From the human T2T-CHM13v2.0 reference genome, Homo sapiens, in the NCBI RefSeq assembly GCF_009914755.1, contig NC_060930.1: DNA of 64,000 bases. One strand, given 5' to 3'. A program made the position numbers and the translations under genes. Below are positions 20,640 through 42,923 of the stretch, in pieces (position 1 is the first letter of the stretch; the number at the start of each line of letters is the position of its first letter). Under the pieces are notes generated by a model. It searched no databases and was not told the origin of the DNA. It worked only from the letters and a program-made list of their open reading frames with translations.

Positions 20640-22266
20640 CCCCTCTCCCTCTCCCTCTCCCTCTCCCCATGGTCTCCCTCTCCCCATGGTCTCCCTCTCC
20701 CTCTCTTTCCACGGTCTCCCTCTCATGCCGAGCCGAAGCTGGACTATACTGCTGCCATCTCGGCTCACTGCAACCTCCCTGCCTGATTCTCCTGCCTCAG
20801 CTTGCCGAGTACCTGCGATTGCAGGCGCGCGCCGCCCCGCCTGACTGGTTTTCGTATTTTTTTGGTGGAGACGGGGTTCCGCTGTGTTGGCTGGGCTGGT
20901 CTCCAGCTCCTAACCGCGAGTGATCCGCCAGCCTCGGCCTCCCGAGGTGCCGGGATTGCAGACGGAGTCTGGTTCACTCGGTGCTCAATGGCGCCCAGGC
21001 TGGAGTGCAGTGGCGTGATCTCGGCTCGCTACAACCTCCATCTCCCAGCCGCCTGCCTTGGCCTCCCAAAGTGCCAAGATTGCAGCCTCTGCCCGGCCGC
21101 CACCCCGTCTGGGAAGTGAGGAGCGTCTCTGCCTGGCCGCCCATCGTCTGGGATGTGAGGAGCCCCTCTGCCTGGCTGCCCAGTCTGGAAAGTGAGGAGC
21201 GCCTCTTCCCGCCGCCATCCCATCTAGGAAGTGAGGAGCGTCTCTGCCCGGCCGCCCATCGTCTAGGATGTGGGGAGCACCTCTGCCACGCCGCCCCGTC
21301 TGGGATGTGAGGAGCGCCTCGGCCCGGCCGCGACCCCGTCTGGGAGGTGAGGGGCGTCTCTGCCCGGCCGCCCCGTCTGAGAAGTGAGGAGCCTCTCCGC
21401 CCGGCAGCCACCCCGTCTGGGAAGTGAGGAGCGTCTCCGCCCAGCAGCCACCCCGTCCGGGAGGGAGGTGGGGGGGTCAGCCCCCCGCCCGGCCAGCCGC
21501 CCCATCCGGGAGGTGAGGGGCGCCTCTGCCCGGCCGCCCCTACTGGGAAGTGAGGAGCCCCTCTGCCCGGCCGCCCCTACTGGGAAGTGAGGAGCCCCTC
21601 TGCCCGGCCAGCCGCCCCGTCCGGGAGGGAGGTGGGGGGGGTCAGCCCCCTGCCCGACCAGCCGCCCAGTCCGGGAGGTGAGGGGCGCCTCTGCCTGGCC
21701 GCCCCTACTGGGAAGTGAGGAGCCCCTCTGCCCGGCCACCACCCCGTCTGGGAGGTGTGCCCAACAGCTCATTGAGAACGGGCCATGATGACAATGGCGG
21801 TTTTGTAGAATAGAAAGGGGGGAAAGGTGGGGAAGAGATTGAGAAATCGGATGGTTGCCGTGTCTGTGTAGAAAGAAGTAGACATGGGAGACTTTTCATT
21901 TTGTTCTGTACTAAGAAAAATTCTTCTGCCTTGGGATCCTGTTGATCTGTGACCTTACCCCCAACCCTGTGCTCTCTGAAACATGTGCTGTGTCCACTCA
22001 GAGTTAAATGGATTAAGGGCGGTGCAAGATGTGCTTTGTTAAACAGATGCTTGAAGGCAGCATGCTCGTTAAGAGTCATCACCACTCCCTAATCTCAAGT
22101 ACCCAGGGACACAAACACTGCGGAAGGCCGCAGGGTCCTCTGCCTAGGAAAACCAGAGACCTTTGTTCACTTGTTTATCTGCTGACCCTCCCTCCACTAT
22201 TGTCCTATGACCCTGCCAAATCCCCCTCTGTGAGAAACACCCAAGAATGATCAATAAAAAAAAAAA
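20640..22266 (+). mobile_element. Full-length SVA retrotransposon (SVA_D-like)
   Basis: (CCCTCT)n head, antisense Alu-like domain (~20720-21090), GC-rich VNTR (~21090-21755), SINE-R (~21755-22250), AATAAA and poly(A). 13-bp TSD AAATTACTTTGGT at 20627-20639 and 22267-22279. Confidence 0.97.
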
Positions 22267-22643
22267 AAATTACTTTGGTTGGGTTTTCTTCCTTTAGAAA
22301 TGGTATTTTCTCCTTCCCTTAGGAAATAGGTGGAAGGTCAGACTAACTTCTCACACACTCCATCCTTTGTCAGACAGTCATAGCTATGTTTTTATAAAAC
22401 TCTAAATGGCCATTTATTACTTTGATCAGATTAATAGATTGTAGGGTAGTAAAACAGATCATTCCATTCGATTTCAAGTGGAAATATAGGAGTTATTCAC
22501 TCCTTTCCCATTTTAAGAAACCAGAGGTAGCCTCTGTTTTCTCATTATCTTCTATGCATTCTGGAGATTAACAAATTCACTAAAAGACACTCAAGAGTAA
22601 AAACTTTCAAGATCAAATGAGTTGCTGGTAGAACTGAAATTGA

Positions 22644-22980
<337 letters not shown>

Positions 22981-24082
22981 ACTGAACTTCTTAAAAAATC
23001 AAAATTGATAATGAAATTTAAGATATTGGGCTCCTGTTTCATAGACCTCACTTTTTCATTTCCTATTCCTGCCTTACTTAAATATTAATGAAGGATTTTC
23101 TTTTTCTTGAATTGGTTCCAACACCAGTGTTTAAATATAGAAGCTCTTGGAGGAGCAAGCATTTAACCAGAATTTACTCCTAAACAATCCTTCATGCCCA
23201 TTTTCACTTGTAACATTGAAGTTGTTAATTTACTTTTCTATTACTTTCCTAACCAAATAAACAAGAGCATCTTAAACTAAAAAGCTTTTGTTCTTCATAA
23301 ATATTTCTACTAGGGACCAACATTGCAAATAGCATTTTTTGAAAAGGTTTGTCTAAGCAAAATTTTTACCAGGTGATCCATATATGTAGTAGGAATTTGT
23401 AAAGCATCTACTATCAGCATAATGTTAGGCATGAAGTAGCAAACAGAATAAATATAAATATAGTCCCCATACCTGAGGAATATATTATCTTAATGAGGAG
23501 GAATATAGAGGAAACAGGCAAGTAATAATATAAGGCTATCAATGATCCATGACAAAGGAGAGGTCATTAAGTCTTTTTGCTACACTTTCCTATCAAAAGT
23601 AGGCCCTGGAGGAGATTCCTAGACTCCTCTAGAGAGTTTATTGATGAGATCTGGGAAGGAGCCAGGAATCTGAATTTATAAGAGCCAGCTGCTATTATTA
23701 AGATAAAAGCCAAAGCAAAATGAGCTGGTTTGCCCAAGGTGTGTTTCATTAAAGAAATGACCGACCAGCTGAACCTAATACCCTGAAAAGGATTTAATTA
23801 GGTTTGAGAAGCAAAAGGAAGTAGTGTGTGTGCATTTTAAAAAGAGGAAAGCTAGATGATGTGTTTGGCTGGAGCTGTAGGATTCATCTTAGACATAGCA
23901 AGAGTCAAAAGTGAAACAAAATTTAATCAAGCATTTATTCAGGCCAAGAACACTTTTATTTTGTAGACAGGGCAAAGGTATTTGAGTTGAGGAATGAAGG
24001 GATGAGATCAGCTTTTTAGCAACATTAATCAAGCAGAGGCATTTAAGATATATGTATCGTGAAAACCAGGAGGACAAGGCTA

Positions 24083-24180
24083 CTCATTCATTTATTCATG
24101 CATCCATGCATGCATTCATTCATTCACTTAGCAAGTATATATTGAGCACTCAAATTCTCAGAAATGCCTTGTGCTAAGTA
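24083..24180 (-). mobile_element. L2 3' tail fragment (other L2-like debris ~11260-11790, 37200-37640, 57790-58980)
   Basis: (TTCA)n-like tail, caagtatatattgagcac, tgtgctaag. Confidence 0.55.
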
Positions 24181-24454
24181 AGAAGTACGCACAGTTGTAA
24201 GCACCAACGGCCAGAAGAACTGTAACGCCAATTTTGTGAGTTATCTATGTTTAATCTTTTTTGTTACCTAAAATTTCTTCTTGTAGCCTGACTTAATTTA
24301 GGACTATCCTAGCAGCTTTCAGTTTTGTATTTATGCTAATTTGCCTAGCTATTCGGAGTCAGCTGCATTTGCAATTAAAATGTTCTATGTAATTGTTAGA
24401 AAACTATTCTGTAAGTGAGATGAAAAACAATTTTGTTCTCTCCAAACTATGCTA

Positions 24455-24733
<279 letters not shown>

Positions 24734-24767
24734 TCATCTCAAAAACAAACAAACAAACAAACAAACA

Positions 24768-24768
<1 letters not shown>

Positions 24769-24799
<31 letters not shown>
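24769..24799. repeat. (CA)n microsatellite; others are (TG)n 46308-46341, (CA)n 59328-59367, (AAT)n 42849-42888 and 59692-59719
   Basis: Read directly from the sequence. Confidence 0.95.
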
Positions 24800-24802
<3 letters not shown>

Positions 24803-25240
24803 CAAGACTCTAGAGAAAAAACTAAAAAGACTAAGGCCATATGAATAGGTAACTAGATCTTGAAACAAAATAGTTAAGGAAATTGGCTTCATATTAATGC
24901 CTATGTCAGTACTGAGAGGAATCAATCGGTATACTTAATAAATACTGAAAAATATTTAAATTTAGTCGTATGATTAATCATATCCTGATTGGAGGCTTGG
25001 TCCCTGGGGTGGTGCTTGGTATGCATCATATATTTCACTGCAGAACTTTGAACTCTTAATAAAAGGAGGCACAGCCGGATACTAAGCTATTATCTGTGTA
25101 GGAGTTATTGTGAGTAGAACACATCCCAGCTTGTAAAAACTAGTATATTTCCCCACTTTCCTTAAATCTTTTTCTGGGAACCTCATCTCACCAAATGGTA
25201 AGAAATTTAATCTGAATTGTCAGCCAGGTGCGGTGGCTCA

Positions 25241-25561
<321 letters not shown>

Positions 25562-25579
25562 TTAGACCCATATATGTAA

Positions 25580-26582
<1,003 letters not shown>

Positions 26583-26962
26583 AACGCAAGGGTTTTGAGG
26601 GAGAAACATGACCAGAGCTCAGTAATCCAACAGGCCAACTAGGCATGTGTCTAAGGGGCCCTGAAAATAGGGCCATTAAACCACGGAGATTGTTTTTGAA
26701 ATCTATATGTTGTTAAAACATTGAAGTAACCAGGAGAAATGCCAGCACTGTACTGGATTGTCTAACATCTATTTTACAGAGTGGAGGTTTTTATATTTTT
26801 AATTAAATGGGGAGGGAGCACACAGCCCATCAACAGTTTTTCAGTGCTAAAGACTAGGAAGATCATTATCTGGACCCTAAATTGAAACCCAAGGAGGTTT
26901 TTCACCCCCAACTTTTCAGCTATGTCAAGAGTCAAAAATTATAGGATCTATAGTTGAGATTA

Positions 26963-27376
<414 letters not shown>

Positions 27377-29379
27377 TCATTGACTAAGGTCAAAGTGGAA
27401 TAATGTATAATATTATTATATACATAATACTCCAGCCTGGGCCACAAAGTGAGACGCCGTCTAAAAAAAAAAAATTAAAAATAAAATAAAATGGAATACA
27501 TAAGAAACACACAAATTTACACCAAATTCCTTTAATGTCAGCCTGTAGTTACCTTCCTCATACTTTACTAAGTCGTAAAGTTGTTTTCTGCTACATGTCC
27601 AGACAAGATAGACTTAAGGGCTCAATAATAAGTTGTAAGAACTGCAACAAGCTGAAATACATAAAAATATAAACTTCAAGTTTATTATAAAACAAAGAAA
27701 ATACTAAAGATTATTCTCAAAATGAGATTAGATAATATTAAAAGTAATTTAAGAATTATCTGAATTAATTTCAGATTATATTAGAACAAGAAAAGAAGGG
27801 GCAAGAGGGAGGGGAGAGAAGATTGAACAATGTGTGGTCAAACTGCTTGTCAAAAACTAGAGGGATTAAAAATACTTTGTCACATTGTTGATGCCAACCA
27901 TTACAGAAGTATAGGTTAAATTTTGCTTTTGAAAAAATTAATAGTCAGTTCTAGTAAACTTCAAAACAATAGAGTAATATATTACAATAACTGCTTAAAA
28001 AAATTGGTCATGAACTATTTGCCAATCATTGTTCAAAGGACCTACTCTGTCACCCAGACTGGAGTGCAGTAATGGTATCATAGCTCACTGCAGCCTCAAA
28101 CTCCTGGGCTCAAGAGATCCTCCCACCTCAGCCTCCTGAGTAATTGGGACTACAGACATGTATCACTATGCCTCACTAATTTTTTTTTTTTTTTTTTTTT
28201 TTTGAGACGGAGTCTCGCTCTGTCGCCCAGGCTGGAGTGCAGTGGCACCATCTCGGCTTACTGCAAGCTCCGCCTCCCAAGTTCACACCATTCTCCTGCC
28301 TCAGCCTCCCGAGTAGCTGACTGGGTCTTACTATGTTGCCCTGGCTGGTCTGGAACTCCAGGCCTCAAGCATATCCTCCTTCCTTAGTCTCCTAAAGTGT
28401 TGGGATTACAAGGGTGAGCCTCACCATGCCTGGCCTATTTTCCCATTTTCACAGATGATGAAACTTCAACTTAAAGAGTGTGTGGCACATATACAAATTG
28501 ATACAGCAAATTATTTGGGGAACAGAAATTAAAAGCCAGGCCTGTCTGATTCCAGACCATGAACTCTTAATGGTTATATCTTATTCCCTATCAAAACATT
28601 CGTGAGGATACTGCAAAGAAAATATAATTCATGGCTGGGCATGGTGGCTCCTGCTGTGATCCCAGCACTTTGGGAGGCCAAGGCAGGGGGATCACCTGAG
28701 GTCAGGAGTTTGAGACCAGCCTGGCCAACATGGCAAAACTCCGTCTCTACTAAAAATAAAGAAATTAGCCAGGCGTGGTGGTGGGCGCCTGTAATCCCAG
28801 CTACTGGGGAGGCTGAGACAGGAGAATTTCCATGTTAAGAAAATGTCATATTGGGTTCTAAAACAGTCTAAATGCTATTTTTTAATAAACACAAAAAATG
28901 ATCATCTGGGCTGGGCATGGTGGCTCACCCCTGTAATCCCAGCACGTTGGGAGGCCAAGGCAGGCAGATCACTTGAGTCTAGGAGTTCAAGACAAGCCTG
29001 GAGAGCATGGCAAAACCCCGTCTCTACTAAAAATACAAAAATTAGTGACTTGGGAGGCTGAGACATGAGAACCACTTGAACCTAGGAGGTGGAGATTGCA
29101 GTGAGCTGAGATCATGCTGCTGCACTCCAGCCTGGGGGACAGAAGGAGACTCTGTCTCAAAAAAAAACAACAAAAAAAATCTGTTATGGGATTAAAGAAG
29201 AAAAAAACACAAAGAATGAAATGACACAAAATGATTAAAGTCGAAGGATAAAGAAAAAATATTAGTCAAATACAGAGATAAAGTTGTTACCATTATATGG
29301 CTGGGCGCAGTGGCTCATGCCTGTAATCCCAGCACTTCAGGAGGCTGAGGCAGGTAGATCACCTGAGGTCAGGAGTTCA

Positions 29380-29688
<309 letters not shown>

Positions 29689-30021
29689 TTATTTTAATAA
29701 ATTATATCATGAAATATAGACTTCAGGCAAAAAAAAAAAACAAAAAAACACACAAGAAATGTTAGACCAGTAAAGGTATATTTCATAATAAATTATAATT
29801 TCCATGAATCTTTACTAAGTAGCATTGAGCCAAAATACTTATCACAATAATGACTACAAAAGCTGTAAAGACTGGCACATGCAAACTGCCCTCTCCAGTA
29901 ACTGATGGGCAAAAAATAAACAAGGATAAAGGATGTCTGGAAAGAAGCATATAGATGAATTTAAAAGAGCAATGAACCTCCAACAGCAAATTTGAAAATC
30001 TTTGAAATATTTATTAATCTA

Positions 30022-30153
<132 letters not shown>

Positions 30154-30414
30154 TTAAAGATTAGCCGGGTATAGGGGCACAAGCCTGTGGTCTCAGCTAC
30201 TAGAGAGATTGAGGTGGGAGGACGGCTTGGGCCTGAGACGTTTGAGATTGCAGTAAGCCAAGGTCGCACTACTGCATTACAGCCTGGGTAACAGAGTGAG
30301 ATCCTGTCTCTTAAAGAAAAAAAAGTTTCTTTATTATACATAAAGAAACTCTTAAATGATCGATGTGCTGACATTAAAAAAAAAAAAAGACTCTCACTGT
30401 GTAAACCAAAATTC

Positions 30415-34480
<4,066 letters not shown>

Positions 34481-35509
34481 TTTTTTTCTTTTCTTTTCTT
34501 TTTTTTTGAGACGGAATCTCACACTTTTGCCCGGGCTGGAGTGCAGTGGCGCAATCTCGGCTCACTGCAACCGCCTCCTCCCAGGTTCACGTTCAGGTAA
34601 TTCTCCTGCTTCAGCCTCCCTAGTAGCTGGGATTACAGGCGCCGGCCACCACGCCCGGCTAATTTTTTGTATTTGTAGTAGAGACGGGGTTTCACTATAT
34701 TGGCCAGGCTGGCCTAGAATGCCTGACCTCGTGACCCACTCCTCTCAGCCTCCCAGACTCAAGCCTGAGGATTACAGGCGTGAGCCACCGCGCCCGGTCC
34801 CCAAACCGTATATTCTTAGGAAGCATTCATGGAACTTGAACAAAAACTTCCTAGAAACACCTTCGGCTGGCTTTTGCCTTCATCTCACTGACCAGAAGTG
34901 TATCTAACTGCCACTAGCAGCTGCAAAAAGCTTGTAAATATTTTAATTTACCAGCCCCTATTTCAGAGACAAGCAAGGGAAAAGGATGCTGGGATTGATT
35001 TTGGGTTAGCCAATCTCCAGTGTCTGCCACATCATGGATATGTCTTTGTCGTGCCCTTACTTGAACGGCCGAGAACAACTGGATCTAACAGTTCAAGCTC
35101 CAATTTTTTACACTCAAAATTTGGAAGGCATTGCCTTCCTTGCCTCTAAGAGAGGTTTTATGCTAGCCTCTACCAAGTTACCTTGTAGTTGTCCTAATGT
35201 TTACTCTTGGAAACTTTTAAGATCTTCCATTTGTTTTTACGCTCTGAAGCTGCACGTGAATGTGTCTAGGAATGGGTCTTTTTTACATTCATCTTGCTCA
35301 GCACTCAATGAACCCTTTGAATCTGAAGACTTGAATCCCTTTCCAATTCTAGGACATTTTTTCCTATTGTTTCTTTGGCAATATTGTCTCCAAGTTTTTT
35401 GTTTTCTCTTCTTGAGAATCCAGTTAGTTGCACATGTTGGTTTTCCTGGATTGTCTTTCTCTCCCATTTTATGTTTTATACTTCTGGATTCTTTTATTTC
35501 TCCTGTCTC

Positions 35510-35686
35510 CATGGCCTTTCTACACAAAGTGTCTGTGGACTGTCAGCATTGACATCACCTGGTAGCTTCTTGTTAGAAACGTAGAACTTTAGCCCTCACC
35601 TCAAACCTCTACTGGATTAGATTCCTCGGTTTAACGAGATCAAGACCCCCAGGATTCTTATACACATTAAAGTCTAAGAGGTACTG
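35510..35686. mobile_element. MER5A-type MITE (further fragments at ~12468-12961 and ~23590-23690)
   Basis: cagcattgacatcacctgg..ttgttagaaa..acattaaagtctaagaggtactg. Confidence 0.65.
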
Positions 35687-35974
35687 TTGGATTTTTTTCA
35701 ACTTCACTTTCCAGTTCTATTGAAATTTTGTTGTGGCATTCGTATTTTTAGTTTCTAGTAGCCCATTCTGGTACTGTTTCTTTTTCAGAAAATTTTATTT
35801 CTTCATGTACTGTATTTTTTTAGAGTAATTAGTTTTATTTTAAGCTCTCTTCTGTTTCTTGAATTCTTCTTTTCCCCCTCTGGGATTATTTTTGTGTGTT
35901 TGCATCTTGGTCTAGCTCTCTCATGTTCCTTCTTTTTTTCTTATACATCTGCTGGTCCTTGATAGTATCTTCAT

Positions 35975-36187
35975 TTTTAAAAATGTGAGTATCATAGTTG
36001 TACATATGTAGGGGGTACATGTGATATTTTGATACATGTATACAATGTGTAATGATCAAGTCAGGGTAATTAGGATATCCATCACCTCAAACATTTATCT
36101 TTGTGTTGGGAACATTACAATTATTTTCTTGTAGCTATTTTGAAATATACAAGAAATTATTGTTAACTGTAATTTCTCTACTGTGCA
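35975..36187 (-). mobile_element. L1MA 3' end fragment
   Basis: gggtacatgtgatattttgatacatgtatacaatgtgtaatgatcaa...atccatcacctcaaacattt. Confidence 0.8.
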
Positions 36188-36669
36188 CCTTCAATTTTGA
36201 AAATGACAGACCTGATGGGTTATTTCATGTAGCTGGGATGGGTTTCTCCTTCTATTACATAAGTACACTTGCCTCCAGAGGAGCCTCTTTCCTAAATGGG
36301 AAGTCTTTACATGTGGGAGGAACAGTAATCGGCTTGGTGAGCTTTGTTGTTAGAAGCGAGGAGTCAAACCCAGTACTCACCTTGGAGAACATGTCTTCAA
36401 ACTGTTTAACTTCTTTCAAAATCAGGCTTTTTTATTTGTGCTTTTTTGTGATGCAGTTAGGTAGGTAGGAAAGTTGGGAGCAGACTAGCACAACTGTCCT
36501 GCATTCTCAGCCACTTTGCATTCCCACTCTCTTTGATTTGTAAACTCTGCTGGTCTCCTGACCACGCTGCTACCCCATCGTACCATTGCAGTTTGAGCTC
36601 CACCTCAGCCATCAACACACTTCTGTCCTACCTTGTCTTCTAGTTTGTTTGTTTGTTTTTTTCTTACCT

Positions 36670-37195
<526 letters not shown>

Positions 37196-37963
37196 ACCAA
37201 GTTCATCCAAGTCCCTGCCTTCTCTGTGCCTCTCCCCACATGACTGAATGGGATGAGAGAAAAGCACACAGCATGCTGACTGTTCTCACTTTGAATTCCC
37301 AGGCACTAATCTTGAATAGACCCTTAATGCTGCCTACTTTAAATACCACGGTCCCCTAGCACATTCTTCTCATATTCTCATTGAAACCAATGCATGGCTT
37401 TTCTTCTGAACACTCCCTCCCAGATCCTTGCTCGGCTTCCTGTGGCACTGAGAAAGCAGGTGGCCATTTACACTAGATTATCTTCATATCTCCCCATCGA
37501 CCTGCATCTCTGCCATCCACTCTCCCTATTCTCCTGTTACGTGGATGAACTCTTTGTGCTCCTAGCAAAGGTCCACCTGTGGACCCACACCCTCATTGTG
37601 TCCTCCTTGAGGACCCACATTCAGTCGATCCTCAAGCTACAATAGGCTTACCTGGACATAACTCCATCTATGTCTATAGATATTTCTGGTGGTAGGCAAG
37701 TGGATTCTGAAGTTTCATATGAAAAAATAATCAAGAAAATAACAGCCAGGAAATCTCTGAAATAGAAGAGCAATACGGTGGAACCAACCATACCATATAA
37801 GAAAATATTTTAAAATCCTCAGTCATGGCTGGGTGTGGTGGCTCATACCTGTAATCTCAGTACTTGGGAGGCCAAGGCGGGATGATTGCTTGAGCCCAGG
37901 GGTTTGAGATCAGACTGGGCAACATGGTGAGACCCTGTCTCTACAAAAAATTGTTTTAAATTA

Positions 37964-38140
<177 letters not shown>

Positions 38141-38790
38141 TTAAAATAGTATTATTGTATGGGAATATTAGTAGACAAATCAGTGGATCAGAATAGAACA
38201 ACATATGGGAATTTTGCATGTGAGAAAGTTGTATCTCAAATCTTTGGGGAAAAAAGTGTAAACTTTTCAATAAATGATTCAGAGACAATTCAGTAGCCAT
38301 CTGGAAAAAAAGTAGAGTCAATTCCAAGGCAATATGTAAATTTGCGACAATTCCAGTGAAAATTCCAAAAGACAATTTTGTTGGATTTGAACTATCCAAT
38401 ATGCTTCTAAATTCCAAATAGAAAATTAGATGAGTTAGAATTGCCAAGAAATTTGGAAAAGTATACTACTAATGGAAGAAACTAATACTATCAGATATTA
38501 AAACTTAATGTAAATCTATGGTAATCAAAAACTATGGACTTAACATGTGAACAGGCAAATTTACCTACATTCATGTTCATCCCTCCCTAGAACATAATGG
38601 GTTCTCTATACATGTTTGTTGAAGATAGAATATTATCTTCAATTCGATAAAGCATAATATTTATATTCTGACTTAGAATTTAATTTTTCAATATTTTACT
38701 GATGGAATTCAGATCCTTTTCACTTACATAAAAAATACATCATTGAGTAAATTTTAAGATAATACTTTTCTGAGTTAAAGATTATATCCT

Positions 38791-39098
<308 letters not shown>

Positions 39099-39446
39099 CT
39101 ATTTTCAATACATAAATACACATAATATGTATACACACATACCTGAATACAAAGGTATCACACTGGCTTAATCTGTAAGCATTATATTAATTAAAAATTA
39201 ATAAAATAAAAAATAATAAAAAGTTAAACATTATTTCAGTTATGTGATTAAAAGCATTGCAAAACCAAACATAGGCATACATACAGTATGCATGTGTGAA
39301 AATATGTATATGTGTGTAATAAGCCTGTAGAAAAAAGCAAGAAAATAATAGATATGCATTTAATAGTGCGGTTCCTTGGGAGATACGAGGGAGGTGTTTG
39401 GGATGGAGGGTGATAGGATTTGGGAGGCACATAAATGTTAAGTGGG

Positions 39447-40001
39447 TAGCAGAACAAATTAACAGAAGACCTGAGACTGCTATCCTTAGAAAGCCTTGCT
39501 CTCAAGGTTGGATCTTGGCTGGTGTCTGGGAAATTGAATTTTGGGAGGATTTCCACCATTGCCTAATAAGAGTATCTCACTGTGCCTGAACTATTTGTAC
39601 AGGCACTGTGGTGGATGCCGAACATCTGTTCTGAGAGTCTTGAATTTTTATGTAGAAGGCAGGGGGTGCTATGTGACCAGCCCCGTCTAAAAACCATGGG
39701 TACTGAATTTCTAATGAGCTTCCCTGATAGGCAACATTTCACACATGTTTTTAAAACTCGGCATTGAGGGAATTAGGTGCATTCCCTGTAACTCCGCTGG
39801 GAGAGGAATTTTGGAAGTGTGTGCCTGGATTCCTCCAAACTTTGCCTGTGTGCCTTTTCCCTTGCTGATTTGGCTCTGTATCCTTTCACTGTTATCAATC
39901 TTAGCTGTGAATACAGCCAAGTGCTCAGTTGCTGAGTCCTGCGAGTCCTCCTAGTGAAGACTGTATTGAACGTAAGGGGTGGATCTTAGGGATCCCCTTC
40001 A
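39447..40001 (+). mobile_element. MER68-like solo LTR (ERVL)
   Basis: cctgagactgctatccttagaaag, ccttttcccttgctgatt, gagtcctcctag; flanking direct repeat AGTGGG (39441-39446, 40002-40007). Confidence 0.75.
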
Positions 40002-40026
40002 AGTGGGTTTTATAGGTGTTCTTTTA

Positions 40027-40374
<348 letters not shown>

Positions 40375-40563
40375 TTAACCAAAAGGAAGACAAAAGGAAA
40401 AATGAATAGGAGGTACCCAAATAAAGACAGGATATAGTTGTATAGAAATGTAGTCCAGTAGAATGTGGACATAGCAACGGCTGCTAAAGGCAGATCTGTT
40501 GCCTTCACCACCATCTGCACCACCAGCATCTGCACATTCCTACAATGGCTAAAACAGCAATAG

Positions 40564-40660
40564 GGGAAAGAAAATAAGGACATGACCTGTATGATATAGT
40601 GGAATTCTCATTAAACACAGCAGGGGCTTTAACTGGAATTAAGAGTAAGATGAGGTCTAG
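40564..40660 (+). other. 97-nt non-repeat insert at the exon1/exon2 junction of the STMN2 retrocopy (candidate fossil alternative exon)
   Basis: Lies between ATGGCTAAAACAGCAATAG (40545-40563, end of exon 1) and CCTACAAAG (40661, start of exon 2). Purine-rich, ends in AG, no poly(A), no TSD, no recognisable repeat. Confidence 0.6.
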
Positions 40661-40714
40661 CCTACAAAGCAAACTAAAGAAGCTGTCCATCTTATCAGTG
40701 ATCTGCTTTTATTT

Positions 40715-41010
40715 ACATTTTTTTAAGAGACAGAGTCTTGCTCTGTTGCCCAAGCTGGAATGCAGTGGCATGATCATAGCTCACTGCGGCATCTAACTCC
40801 TGGGCTCAAATAATCCTTCTGCTTCAGCCTCTTGAGTAGCTAGGATGACAGACGTTTGCCACCATGTCTAGCTAATTTTTTTTAATGTTTTGTAGAGACA
40901 GGGTCTCACTATGTGGTCCAGGCTGGTTGCAAACTCTTGGCCTGAAGTGATCCTCCCACCTCAGCCTCTCAATGCGCTAGAATTATAGGTGTGAACCACC
41001 AGGTGTGGCC
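40715..41010 (-). mobile_element. AluJ-type element inserted in the exon-2-derived CDS of the STMN2 retrocopy
   Basis: J-type motifs (gatcatagctcactgc, ctcctgggctcaa); diverged TSD CTGCTTTTATTT / CTGCTCTTGTTT. Confidence 0.85.
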
Positions 41011-41083
41011 CTGCTCTTGTTTTTACCTGGAATCTTGCAACATCAACATCTATACTTAATTGAAATGAAAGTGAAGCAAATCA

Positions 41084-41388
41084 GGCTGGGCACAGTGGCT
41101 CACGCCTGTAATCCCAGCACTTTGGGAGGCCGAGGTGGGCAGATCACTTGAGGTCAGGAGTTCAAGACTAGCCTGGCTAACATGATGAAACCCCCATCTC
41201 TACTAAAAATACAAAAATTAGCCAAGCATGTTGGCACACACCTGTAATTCCAGCTACTCAGAAGGCACAGGCAGGAGCGTCTCTTGAACCCGGGAGGCAG
41301 AGGTTGCTGTGAGCCGAGATCGGGCCACTGCACTCCAGCCTGGGTGACAGAGCGAGACTCCATCTAAAAAAAAAAAAAAAAAAAGAAA
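41084..41388 (+). mobile_element. AluS element inserted in the STMN2 retrocopy CDS
   Basis: Full dimeric Alu with perfect 17-bp TSD GAAAGTGAAGCAAATCA (41067-41083 and 41389-41405). Confidence 0.93.
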
Positions 41389-41932
41389 GAAAGTGAAGCA
41401 AATCAACAAATGTGCCTTTGGCCAGGCTTTTAAGCTGATTTTAAGGCCACCACCTCCATTCTGGGAAGCCCGTTGAACTTTAGCTTGTACTAAGGAGAAA
41501 GACCTGTCCCTGAAGGAGATCCAGAAGAAACTGGAGGCTGCAGAGGAAAGAAGGAAGTCTGAGGAGGTCCAGGTGCTGAAGCCATTGGCAGAGAGGAGGG
41601 AATACAAGCAAGAAGTCTTTGAGAAGGCTTTGGAAAACGACACCTTCAGCAGAATCGTGGAGGAAAAGCTGATCCTGAAAGTGGAAAAAATTAAGGAAAA
41701 TGAGGAGGCTAATCTAGCTGCTACTATGTCTGAAGGAAAAGGAGGCACGCCGCGGAGGTGCGCAGGAACAAGGACGCGCAGACTCAACAGTCTGGCTGAA
41801 GTGGAGGAGGGTACGGCATGCTGCACCATCAGTAAACCCACTGCCCATATTATAATGAGTCACGCAGTATCGGTATGGGAAATGTATGACATAGTTTACA
41901 AAGGACTCATTAACAAAGCAGAATTAAAATTA

Positions 41933-42923
<991 letters not shown>

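Noticed and set aside
21090-21755. Regularly spaced repeats that could suggest a CRISPR-like array
   Set aside because: SVA VNTR units with no unique spacers, in a eukaryotic context.
20374-22250. Cluster of GC-rich ORFs
   Set aside because: All derive from the SVA hexamer, Alu-like, VNTR and SINE-R domains.
41254-41841. 195-aa minus-strand ORF, the longest in the track
   Set aside because: Antisense shadow of the stathmin pseudogene running into an Alu; no independent protein similarity.
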